From Balanoglossus misakiensis (taxonomy: Eukaryota; Animalia; Hemichordata): 64,000 nt of DNA. The stretch is taken from contig CM082580.2 in the NCBI GenBank assembly GCA_040954595.2, positions 3,896,783-3,960,782 on the forward strand. The letters are read 5' to 3'. A program made the translations under genes and the position numbers. This document shows positions 52,680 through 64,000 of the stretch, one piece after another; the stretch's first letter is position 1; every line of letters begins with the position of its first letter. The notes under the pieces are model-generated. The model was not told the origin of the DNA. It saw nothing but the letters and a program-made list of their open reading frames with translations, and searched no databases.

Positions 52680-54475
52680 GTATGCGTCGCCAAGATGACA
52701 AACTGATGCAAATACAAGTTATGTGGCTTAAGGGTGAGACTTTTTAATGTTAGGGAGAAGATTCGAAGTATTTTATTATGGAAAAAATAAGTGATATTTG
52801 GCAGCTCATGGGGATTTCGAGGCCATGTTTCAATGTTTGATTGTCTTTCAGACCACCATACGATGTACTTTACTTTAATTGATAAAGAGGATTGCTGGCA
52901 ACATTAAACTTAATGGTTAAGTTTTACAGCTTACATGACATTATTATGGCTTAATGGTCCGTGCCATCTCATTGCAAGGGAACAGATCATTGCGCTGCGA
53001 TTAATTTCGTTTGGATGTAAAATAGCTAATCAAAAGCAAACGCACTGGAACGATGTGCTAAATCATCTAGGTACTCTGAAAGTTTCACTAACCGGGGAAT
53101 GTATGTTGGGGCTAGTCTCCGAATCGGTCTAAGCAATAAATCTTTGCTTTCCGCAATAAATCTCCTTAACTGATCATAGACTTTGGTGCTTCACTAGGGT
53201 CTATGATAGATTAATAACAAGATATTCGTCTGCTTTGCCATTTAAAATAAAGGATTTGTCAACGGTACAATCAAGTTATGTTGGGTTGGGTTGGTGATGG
53301 TTGAGTTGAGTTGAATTGCAATGGGCACGGCCACTCCACACAGTAGTATGCATGCCTTGTTGAAGCAGAAAACAGGGGTGTTGCAAAGGGACACTATCAT
53401 AGAGAGGATAGCAAAAAAATGAAGTTAATGTGCAAAACTAAAATACTGAAAAAATACCCAGAAGTTACAGACTGATATACACGATTGCGTTTTGGGGGTT
53501 GCGCCCCCAAGTACTGCGTATCAAAATGACAGTTTTCGAGTATACGGGACAAGACGAAAAGGGGCGGGCCAAACTTGAACCATTTATACAGGAGGGACCC
53601 TCTGATCGGTACTGGTGTTGCACTGTCGTCTGATGAATGAAACGTCATCATCGGTATGTGACAAGTGTAAAATTTGCAGCGTCACCGTGTATTTGTTCCA
53701 TCCAGTAGAAGAGTTCTCCCAGAACATGTATTTCCACCTCAGGCTGAAGAGTTACGCTGTCACGTGTGTACGTGTTGCTATCTAAAATAATGAACAAATT
53801 TTGAAGATGTACATATATCAAAAATATAAATTACTGAAAAGGCTGCGATGTTTTTGATAATTTAAATAAATCCGAACCAGGCCACCAGTTAGTTCTTGAT
53901 TTAACTGAGCCAACACCCGGGGGCGCTGTCGTTGACAGACACCATCCCTAAAAGTATTCATGTGCTAAATTTCAACAATGTGTGTATGTAAAACTCCTTT
54001 GATCGAAAACTGAAAAAATATATTGTATATACATGTATTTTGTGATAAAATGAAATATCCACGGGAACGTCAAAAGTTCTGTACGGGTACTTGTTGCATC
54101 CAACATGACAATTCTGTTACTGAAAATGATGAGTGTATTCTTATTTTTGAGCAGTAATTTGTTTGCGGCGTCTATTTATATTTTGTTTGCTAGTGTGTTT
54201 TAGAACCAGGTAATTTTGTTATTGGATCATATACATGTACTGGTGCTACATTGCGCTTGCATAGACCAAGTTGTACTGTAGCCTACTGTGACCACGAAGC
54301 ATTTGTCGTATGGTGGTATTTCATGGATGTGCGCACTAGAAGACACACCCATGATAAGACTCTGAAGTGGTTGGCAATAAATTCTAATGAAAATCTTGAA
54401 ACAGAATTGGGTCAAAGTCAGTGGGCCGGGCGTGGCAATGAAGTGTTACCATGGAAGCCAACAGTGCCATCTTAA

Positions 54476-54667
54476 AGGTATACAGTCACCTATGGAAAAT
54501 TAGCTACAGTTACCATGGCAAAATGAGATCTAGCCAATCACAGATTTTCAGTGGGTGGCACACGCGAAAAAGAGCGCCACCATATGTTCTTTAGAACGCT
54601 CAAATACTTCATTTCAGCCGTATATCATGTATATGGGCGTATGTAAATTGGAGGTGACTGTATACCT
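54476..54667. mobile_element. Kolobok/T2-like MITE upstream of TRMT12
   Basis: TTAA-AGGTATACAGTCACCT...AGGTGACTGTATACCT-TTAA: perfect 16-bp TIRs and a TTAA duplication. Confidence 0.85.
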
Positions 54668-54900
54668 TTAAGCATGTTTGCCAACATTCTCCCCCCCCCC
54701 CCCCCCATCAGTATAAATATCGACTGCACAATTCTGTTCCATGTATAGTATACAAACTGAAGGGAAATTGCTGGTTATGTTGGCACGTGCAAAAAAACCT
54801 CGACCCAGCTGCAGCCTGACCTTATACAAAATGTATTAGCTTGACCATCGCAACTTCCGTCGCAAGGTGTCATGGGTATGGTAGTTGCGGGTCTTTCAAA

Positions 54901-57900
54901 ATGGCTGCCCCCATGATCATGAGTGACAGTAGTACCCCACAATCGTATTTTGCCGTCATTGTTGACTTGAAATTCGCCCAAATTATCAGGTGTGTACATG
55001 TATTTGGTATATACGATGAAACAACTACTGTAGTTAAGTCGGTGTCAATAATGTTGGAATAGACAGACGTAGGATGGATCCACAGTCGCGCAGGAGTTGT
55101 GTACGTGTTTACACGGCGATCACGCCTATGACTTAGAAAATGGGCCGGAGCATAAGCTACGTTCCCACTAGATGCAACAACGTTGCGAAAATCTAGCGGT
55201 TTTGATTAGTAAACGATGGATTAATTCTTGGTCGCCTCCGTACGCATTCAGTTTCGGTCGTTGTTTTGGTCGATTCGCCGGCGTAACGCGCCCCCTACAG
55301 TCCAATATATGTATATGTTACATTCATCTCAATCATCGGGCCCGACCGTTGTGTGGAAAATACAAAGTAGACTGTAGTGTGTAAAACTTGAGTGTTGTTA
55401 TCAACTAATAGCTCAGAATATTTTCTCTGATTGATTTTTTTTGTACAGACAGAAACTTGAGAAAGATGGTCTTTGGGATGATGGAAGATGTTTACAAAAA
55501 CTTGGAGATGACAAAGTTGCAATTCCAATCACCAGTGAGGGAAAAGATGTGCTGAGCAAAAGAAACAGAATGTTAGATTCACAAGAATTTGACTTACGAG
55601 TTCTCGCACTGCCGCCATCAAAGAAAGCATTAATAGTAACACCACATAAGAAACTAGTGAACGTTTCGAAGAAACACCTTTTGACGAGAAGCATCACATG
55701 GAATACAGCGATAGGGAACGATATACCGAAGCACTGGGAAAGACACAATGACTTGGTTGTATTTCCAGAGACAAAGTTTACCCGTGCATTGTGGATGGAA
55801 TTTGGGACGGATTTCTGGATTGATGTGGCTGGTGCGCTAGGCGCGAGACGCGTTGCTAAGAAGAGTTCTGTGAATGATGATGTATGGAGGACTCCCTCAG
55901 TGCGACTCATTTTGGGAGATGATGGCTGGGTGGAACATGTAGACAATGGCATCAGGTAATGAGTATGACATGGCTGTGCTGACATCGAGAAAGTCACATT
56001 CAAAACCTACATGTACCCGCTGCAATATGCAGCACCTTGAAAGGGCCAATCACACACAGTCAACCTGTTGTGCACCTGTCTGTACATGAGTTGAATGGAA
56101 AGTCATCGAAATGTGTTTAACGAATTTTACAAAACTGGAGAGCCAATTTATTTTAGTTAGATCTAGTGTTCAATACACACCTGAGCACTTACAATTATTT
56201 GTTTGTGTTTGTCATATACATTTTGCAGTAAAAACTGAGTTTATATCAAAGCAGTGTTGTGATACCATTCACTGTTGCAGTATTCCTGTGAGAAAAATAT
56301 TGATAATTCCTCAAATATTTTATTGTGGTTTCTCTTATTTTTACCAGGTACACCTTTGATGTAACCAAGTGTATGTTCTCAATGGGAAATATCACTGAAA
56401 AACTACGTCTTTCAGAGTTGAATTGCCAAGATGAGATAGTGGTAGATCTCTATGCAGGTCAGTAACTCGATATACATGTATACATGTACTTGTTTGTTGT
56501 TATGTTTCTGTGTGATAATATTAACCCTTTCACCACCATAGTTCACTCCAAACCCATTGTTTTCTATGGTAAGGTTGGACCTCTAAAGAGGGAACCAGGG
56601 GTGAAAGGGTTAAGTCTTGATGTTGACAATTAGTACTGTGGTAATCTGATGAAGATAGAGATAGATGGTGTCTTCATCTTGGCTTGGTTTTGGCTGTTTG
56701 AATTCTGCTGCTGCCTGTCTCTACATCAGACCAAGTCCTACAGAAGATTGTGTTCAAAATTTGCCCTTTGCAGCAGCCAGTGACATTGTATCAATTTTAC
56801 ACCTGCTACAAAGAATCATACCAAACAAACAGATTCCTGTACATCGACCAACAAGCTGAGTCGAACTGGCGCTTGTGAACATCTTAATTCTTGCTTTTAC
56901 TAAGAATTTTAAATTCTTACATTTTAATTTTATACAACAATAACCTCCTAATTGCATACATGTATGTGTAATGTGTGATTCATGGGTAATTCGCCGATCA
57001 CTGTAAAATGAATATCGGTGTGATGACTTGATTCATTGAATGGTGGATTGACAGACATTTTGTCTTTCATAGATAATTTGACTATCTGTTGTATTGATCA
57101 TTTGATTTCTTTATCCAAAGCTATTTATTGTCATCATTGATTATCTGATTGATAATCATATTGTTGTTGTTTCTGCTTATTGACTTGAAAACATAATTCT
57201 TCCTCTATCCAGGCATAGGCTACTTCACGTTACCATATCTTGTCCATGCCAAGGCATCCATGGTCCATGCATGTGAATGGAATCCCAATTCTGTTGAGGC
57301 TTTAAGGAAGAACTTGTTACTGAATGGAGTCAATGAAAGATGTGTTGTCTATGCTGGTGATAACAGAAAGGTAGGGACAAGGTCAAATCTCAAATGCATC
57401 AATTTGTATTTTTAAGTGGGCATTGCCGTTGTGTGGAATATGATTGCCAATGCAATAAAACACATCACAACGTTAAAGGGGAAATCCGCTGTAGCTGATT
57501 TCTACATAATTTGGTAGCTTTGATGTCTCTCTTTCAGAAAAAAACATATTCGCCATGTATAGGTCGCGCGATTTTTTACAAAATGTAGGGAAAGTTGGCA
57601 GAATTTCCAATATGGCGTTTACTGTAATTTGAATCATGGGAAAAAAAGCGCCAGGACCAACTTCCGCCCACCTTGGTGTGGGTGATACCATTTTCCGATT
57701 GGTGTCACTGTGTCACAAGCTAAGCGTATTTGCATATTTTTCATGGGTTATAGCTCATGAAAACTGTCAATAGATGACAAATTTTCGACTTTGCTGATGA
57801 TTGTTTATCAACTGATGCAAAGAACAAACAATAGCTATGAAAATACGCCTAGTCTGTCGACCAGTGACACCAATCGGAGAATGGTATCACCCACACCATG

Positions 57901-59079
57901 GTGGGCGGAAGTTGCTCCTGGCGCTTTTTTTCCCATGATTCAAATTACAGTAAACGCCATATTGCCAACTTTCCCTAGATTTTGTAAAAAATCGCGCGAC
58001 CTATACATGGCGAATATGTTTTTTTCTGAAAGAGAGACATCAAAGCTACCAAATTATGTAGAAATCAGCTACAGCGGATTTCCCCTTTAATGAAATCACC
58101 AACTGCCCATCAAGATTCATTGCAACATTCCTTCTTTCCTATGCTATGAAGAGGACAGTGGCTCAACTCTTACAATGTCTATTGAAGCTCCTCTTTTGCA
58201 AATATCTGGGGTATATCACATGGATAGATGACTAGAAATTGTTTGAGAGATTGTGAATACCCAGTCTTTACAAAACACTCTGCAAAAGTCATGGAGTTCA
58301 AAGAATTACGCCATTTAGGACTTGACATGATGGTGAATTTTACTTTCATTCATGAAAAACATCTACCCTGATCTTGCAATCTGCCATGAATAAATAAATG
58401 AATTAACGTATGACAGCTTGCAATTTGTTCATTTCAGCTTTGTCCCAGGGGTGTTGCTGACAGAGTCAACCTGGGTTTAATACCCTCTTCGGAAGTTGGC
58501 TGGCCAGTGGCGTGTGCGGCCCTCAAACCGTTGTCTGGCGGAATACTTCACATCCATGGGAATGTAACCACAGCACCAGTAAGGCTTGCAGTGGGAGAGC
58601 CACCAGGTGATGGACCACCTCCACCGGATCATTCAGTGGAAGGACCGTTTCTGGCTGATGGAAAACCTGCACCGGATCATCCGGAACCTTGTGGTGTTAC
58701 TGAGCGTGGCATACATTGTTCAACTGACTGTAGTCATGGAAACAAAGAACTGAGTAACTGTGCCAACCCACAAAGCCTGGTCATTGAGTCAACTGACAAG
58801 GCTTACTGTGGTGAACTTGAGAGGACAGTCGACCTCGGACGCTGTTTGGCAGCTGACCAAAGTGCAAACAGACTGACTGGGAAGGCCAGGTCAGGGTCAG
58901 TTAAAGCACAGTGGTGTCAATGGGCTACGAGAGTATCATCAGAAATACAAACAATCTTGCAAGATGAATGGAGAACGAAATGGACTGTGGACGTTCTCCA
59001 CCTTGAACATGTGAAATCTTATGCACCACATGTTGACCATCTGGTGGTTGATTTGCAGTGTACACCAAATGTGCAATAA
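54901..59079 (+). CDS. TRMT12: tRNA wybutosine-synthesizing protein 2 (TYW2/TRMT12; Met-10+-like aminocarboxypropyltransferase), 5 coding exons, about 501 aa
   Basis: Exons: 54901-54989, 55449-55955, 56348-56457, 57213-57370, 58438-59079 (1506 nt, phase-consistent). Motifs: IPKHWERHNDLV, RTPSVRLILGDDGWVEHVDNGIRYTFDVTKCMFSMGNITEKLR, VVDLYAGIGYFTLPYLVHA, HACEWNP, ADRVNLGLIPSSE, GGILHIH, HVKSYAPHVDHLVVDLQC. Confidence 0.94.
56521..56613 (+). mobile_element. About 90-bp piggyBac-like MITE, copy 3, in TRMT12 intron 3
   Basis: TTAA-CCCTTTCACC...GGTGAAAGGG-TTAA, with an interior near-identical to the other two copies. Confidence 0.85.
57477..58086. mobile_element. 610-bp Kolobok/T2-like MITE with about 230-bp TIRs in TRMT12 intron 4
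   Basis: TTAA (57473-57476) AGGGGAAATCCGCTGTAGCTG...CAGCTACAGCGGATTTCCCCT TTAA (58087-58090). The arms are nearly identical, which produces the mirror ORFs in the track. Confidence 0.9.
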
Positions 59080-59080
59080 A
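59075..59080 (+). terminator. AATAAA overlapping the TRMT12 stop codon
   Basis: CAA TAA A forms AATAAA. A T/GT-rich tract (ttttgtcaaaattttgtcttttttgtgg) follows 20-45 nt downstream. Confidence 0.4.
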
Positions 59081-60705
59081 TATCTAAAATTACTATAATT
59101 TTGTCAAAATTTTGTCTTTTTTGTGGTATACATCATTTGGGGATAATTTGCTGTGTCGTTTTCTCATCTTCAGCTGCTGTGGAATCCTTCACAGCATACT
59201 CCAGGGCAGAATTTTCCGTCAGGACTCTAATCTGAGCTGGATGTTCATTTGTTGAGACATGGTGACATTTTCTGATACTTTGTGTTGTGTTGTGGTGTGT
59301 TGTGTGCAAAATGAAAATAGAGAGAAATTGTATAATCTGAATGGTGGTTTGACTGAGTGTGTAAGAGTTGTTACAAAGAAGAGGCAAAACAATGAACCCA
59401 ATTAAGTACATTTACACATCTTTAATATCACACAAGACTGATTTTCTCACAATATTTTTCATTCTTCTAGTCATATCATATCGCATTATGTACATTTTGT
59501 TTATTCATTCTTATAATAATCTTAATGTGTCCACCCTGATTCACATCCATAAGCGCTCTGTCTCAACAGCCTGGTCATGACCAGCTGCAACAAAACAATG
59601 CAAAAACTACCGGTATTATCAGTGCCCTGTGGCTCACTAAATCCTACAGGTTGTTCACAGGAAAAATAATCATTTGGGTATAACTCCATTTACTTTCATG
59701 ACCCCCAACTGACCTTACATTCTGGTATTTCTGTTGGTATGACATGATACATGATTCAACTCTTCACCCTTTGTGACAGACATAATTATTTTTATTTTTT
59801 TCGGTTCTAGGTTGAGTTTGGAGGGCAAATTCAATAGCATTGTTGATTGTTCACAAGTTAAAACTCTAAATGGAAACTTCATACCAACAGAATGCCACAA
59901 TGTAAAGTTGAAGTTGATTGGCTGTTGGCCGAGAAAAAAATAACTGACTTCTACATGGAGGTGCTCCTTAATTTCAATACCAGATGATATACCACATGTA
60001 TGTCTGGGTACAGTATATAAATGCAATTTTGTGCTGTTCTCGACTTCTCGTGAATAGATCCATCATTTATCATCAGATTGTTCAAGCAATGAACACAAAA
60101 ACGCATAATCGCAACAGGACATCATCTACAATACTACTGTCACATCTTAACAATTCTTCAAGCTATTTTGTATCACAGATGTCAACAGCAAAACACACCT
60201 TCACATAATGAACATCGCTCAATCAGAAACTATTGAATTATTGCAGAAATACATGTGCAGTACTTGACAGATAATAATAGCCTATTCGTAATCAGTCAGA
60301 AAACAAATTCTTATCAATGTTCAATGTATTATGGCATAAAAATGGATGACATTGCTTTGTTACAAATTCTGCATAGCATGCAAATAGTGCAAAATGTACA
60401 AATCAGGTCAAAGGTCAGATATGAGGTCAACATGATATATTATTAGTACAATGCGAAATAACCATAAATATATCTGTCAATAGTGACAGGGTATCCTACA
60501 CTGGAATCTCTGTCCACACAAGACCAGTTCAATACATGTACTCACAGACAGCTCTTTTCAGTTTCTATATCTGCAAGTGTTGTGACTAGTGAAGACTTTT
60601 GACCGTACACTCACAGTCATTATTTGTCTCCCTGCTCCAAATGTTACATCAAACTCTTAAATAAAAAGTGGTTTGCATCCCTGGCTGTATCAAGTACACA
60701 TTCCC

Positions 60706-60838
60706 TATTGTTATTTTATTATCTTGATATCAAATAACATATTGTTATTTTATTATAATCTTGATATATGTATCAAACGGCAAATTATTTTATTAACTTG
60801 ATATATATAGCAAATTGTTATTTTATTATCTTGATATC
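60706..60838. repeat. Imperfect tandem repeat, about four copies of attgttattttattatcttgatat
   Basis: Directly visible, with variable spacers. Confidence 0.7.
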
Positions 60839-61342
60839 ATGATTTATGGGAAATACATACTGAGGAAAACTAGATTTTGTTGCATTCTTGTCCCTGGTAC
60901 ACAAAAACTTTGTAAAAAAAACGAATGAAGTAGTACAATTGTCAACAGAGGGCATTGTAATGATTCCAGGCAGCTGGAGAGAACAGATTTGTTCTGGTTG
61001 GTTGTTCTATAGCCACAACTGGCTGGCTGCTCCTTCATGTGAGCATCCAACAGCTGTTGGCACGGAATGGCTAGACTCAATTGAAAGACACTGAAAAGGC
61101 CAACTTGACACAGCAAATCCTAAATATGCCCTGTTTGTGCATATGACATGTTGTCTGCAGTATATTTGATTTCTGAACATTTATGAACGCAACTGTGCAG
61201 TAGATGAGCAAGAGATGACGATGTCATATCAGGATACAAGTCTGGTTATCTGAAAGTGACATCAATACCGGCTATGTACAACATTTAATGCTCCTTGCTT
61301 TAAAGGCACAGTTGCCCGGCACCAATGATATTCAGACTTTAA

Positions 61343-61697
61343 AGGGCCACTATCTGTAACTTCAGGCTATCTGTTTCAGAATTTCTCGTTTTGTTTATCA
61401 ACTACATTTTCATCTCCTCCTCCCTATGTAGTAACCCCAACATGCCCAGTTTTCTGCTTGTCATCAATTCACGTGTATGTGCGTGTACCAGTCATCGTTA
61501 TTGTTGATAAATGCATTCAGGTCCGTACTTGAATACATTTTAACGATCACTGTATATTGAGTGCGCACATATGGGCTATGCTGAGAAGATTAACATTGCG
61601 CATTTAACCCTTCTTTGGGAAGGCAGAACAGGAAACCATGGTTGATACAAAGAATCAAACTACTGAAAAAATACCCAAAGTAAGATATCGTGTACCT
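61343..61697. mobile_element. Diverged Kolobok/T2-like MITE
   Basis: TTAA-AGGGCCACTATCTGTAACTT...AAGTAAGATATCGTGTACCT-TTAA with imperfect TIRs. A related end fragment lies near 53440-53470. Confidence 0.5.
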
Positions 61698-64000
61698 TTA
61701 AATTGTTTGTAAAGTTCATTTGGGGTTGACCATCATGAAGACTTTCTTCATGACATACTAAACAATTGGGTCAAGATACAACACAGGAGTGACAAGAATT
61801 ATTAACTGTTTTCAGAGTAACATGCCTGCTACATACCTAAATCCTACACCAGAAAGAAACTGGTTTTATCTCCCTCACCGCAATGCATTATAAGACACCT
61901 AATATTTCTACAAATATTCTTGCCAGCCTGCAAGTTAGATTATGACATGCCTAGAAACTTATCGTGCGATTAATGAAAATATAGAAATCATTGTCAGATA
62001 ATTTGGAAAGTTTTCAATTTAAAATGTCATCTTTAAAAAAAAAACAGCAAAAATATTGACAAGCACTTGATGGTAAAGAAAGCTTTGAAATTAGTGAAAA
62101 AAATGGGATTGCCACAAAGTTTGTTGTCTCACATCTTGAAAAAGTCTCTGTTATGAAAGAGCACTGGTAAATTTCTAGTCGTTCTATATTTACTACTCTT
62201 GCAAAAAGCATGAAAGTTGACACTACCAGTTATAATATTCCCTCGGTATATGCATGCTGTGGAAGGGTGCTTTCTGTGTTGCTACTGGAGTTTTGCTGCC
62301 GGTTGGCTGTCAAGAACCAGGAACAAATTGCCTACAAGGAAAAGGAAAGCCTATCAGGAGAGAGACACAGCCTACATTTGGGATAGCCTACATTTACACT
62401 AGACAACGAGCGTGTTGTGTTGCCACACACACACATACAGACAGACAGACAAACAGAAAACAATCACATGTCATACATACACACACTCACACACAAATAA
62501 CATGTCAGATGTATGTACACACTGTATCTATGACAGAAATTGCATCTCAACTAATTATTTGATGAAAAATGTCCTCCAACAAACCTGTCTGTGTTTGGAA
62601 GTATTTCATTATGCTTTGGTCAATTTCCACTGATAATGGTATTATCTCAATCTGAACATTTTTCATATATCGCTTAAATAATAAATTTCCTTCTGTAAGT
62701 GCTCATATTGGGTTTCTTTCCAAGATATAATCTGTCTTTGATTCGGTAAGAAATAGGAAATAAAGACAGCTGCTATTATTCACTGCAGTGGGCTAATGCC
62801 ATGATGATCCTTTAAAATTCACGCAAGTTGAATACTTTCATGAAAATGTTAAGTAATGAGGAAGTCAACCTTATCTTCCTACTTCAACATCTTCAGATCG
62901 CACACATTCTTTTACTATTAGTCATCAATCTCCTCAAATATTATAAAAGTTTAGACTTACAACTAAGAGCTGATTACTGCCATACCAAGCACCAGCTATT
63001 CTAGCTAGCCTCTGAAAGACAAAAACCAAATTGGACTAGTCATACGTTAATATTCATAGTGTGCCTATGATGAGCAAAACAATGCAAATCATAGGACCCT
63101 TTCTGATGACCAAAAAATCTCCAACACACAATGTCAGCATGTGTCATTGTGTTCGTCAGATATGTCAACAGTTCTCTACTCAATACTTGGCTAATTTGAT
63201 CTTATTTCAGTGTTTTTGCTCGGGGGATTTCACTGGTATAAAATAAGCCCCCCACTAATATGTCCAAGCTATTTAGTATTTCCCAAAGTCATTTACATTT
63301 TCCCAAACCTTGGTAAAAATTCCATCAGAAAAACTTCTACATGTATATCCTCGTTTAGACATGATCATTTTACGTGTTAATACACGCAGGGCCCAATATT
63401 TGACAATAATTTAAAATTCCATTCTAAAATGTTCAGGTGTTCAAACAGATATATGGGAGACAATTACCAGCACTTTGTAATGATAAAAAAGTGAAATTTT
63501 CACGATAGGAAGTTGTCAGAAACTGGCTTGTCTCTTGAAAAATTGGGAAAACTTTTTCTGATGGTAATCTAACTGTACCATAAATTATCAAAGTCTGAGA
63601 GGGCCTGCAGAATCCATTTTTGGGGGAATCCACTAGTTTCATATCCTATCCATCTATTGACAGTAGGTCCAATAATGAGAATTGATATGAATGTAGTTGT
63701 CTAAAATAAATTGACTGAGACATATAGAGACACAGACACACACAGACAGATAGAGACTAAAGTGCCTACATTAGAATGGACTGGTGCACTATGCCTTGAC
63801 AAGAGAGGTGTTTTATGATTACAAGGCACTATGGATGACATGTAAAAAACAATTGCATACAAATATGAATAGGCAAAGGTTGTGTGTAGACACTCTTGCA
63901 CATTAGTTTGAATAGTGTGTTTCTCCAATTTCTATTTACAACTCGCGCCCATATTTTGCTGATTTTTGTAGAATGAAATTGTGGTTTAAATTTCCCACTT

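Noticed and set aside
53625-53655. CTGATGA..GAAAC hammerhead-like core
   Set aside because: No stem II between the core motifs and no flanking helices.
57473-58090. Two near-identical ORFs on opposite strands (MVSPTP...YSGFPL)
   Set aside because: Mirror translations of MITE terminal inverted repeats, with no transposase similarity.

Overview
This is an AT-rich, intron-rich eukaryotic (invertebrate animal-type) window with GT-AG spliced genes, so most six-frame ORFs are exon fragments or noise. I rebuilt the gene models by hand from splice sites and reading phase. In order: (1) the 3' part of an intronless filamin+NHL (TRIM2/3/71-like) CDS at <1..1290 (+); (2) a candidate unannotated minus-strand gene fragment at about 1378..3088; (3) two intact tandem 10-exon farnesyl diphosphate synthase genes, FDPS-A 3765..7985 and FDPS-B 11143..14893 (both -); (4) TGFBRAP1/VPS3, 22 exons, 16139..27305 (+), head-to-head with FDPS-B; (5) a single-PDZ NHERF/EBP50 (Sip1-like) gene with a long Pro-Glu spacer, 34292..51467 (-); (6) TRMT12/TYW2, 5 exons, 54901..59079 (+). 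The non-coding DNA holds several non-autonomous transposons: Kolobok/T2-like and piggyBac-like TTAA MITEs, TA-flanked MITEs, a P-like 471-bp spacer-less palindrome, a solo-LTR-like insertion and a LINE 3' relic. The most noteworthy observations are the FDPS paralogue pair, the solo-LTR-like insertion just upstream of the FDPS-B ATG (with the empty site visible in FDPS-A), the perfect palindrome in the NHERF/TRMT12 divergent promoter region, inverted MITEs bracketing TGFBRAP1 exons 19-21, and an unrecognised spliced gene with an in-frame TGA. I cannot support a claim of a wholly new biological system from sequence alone.
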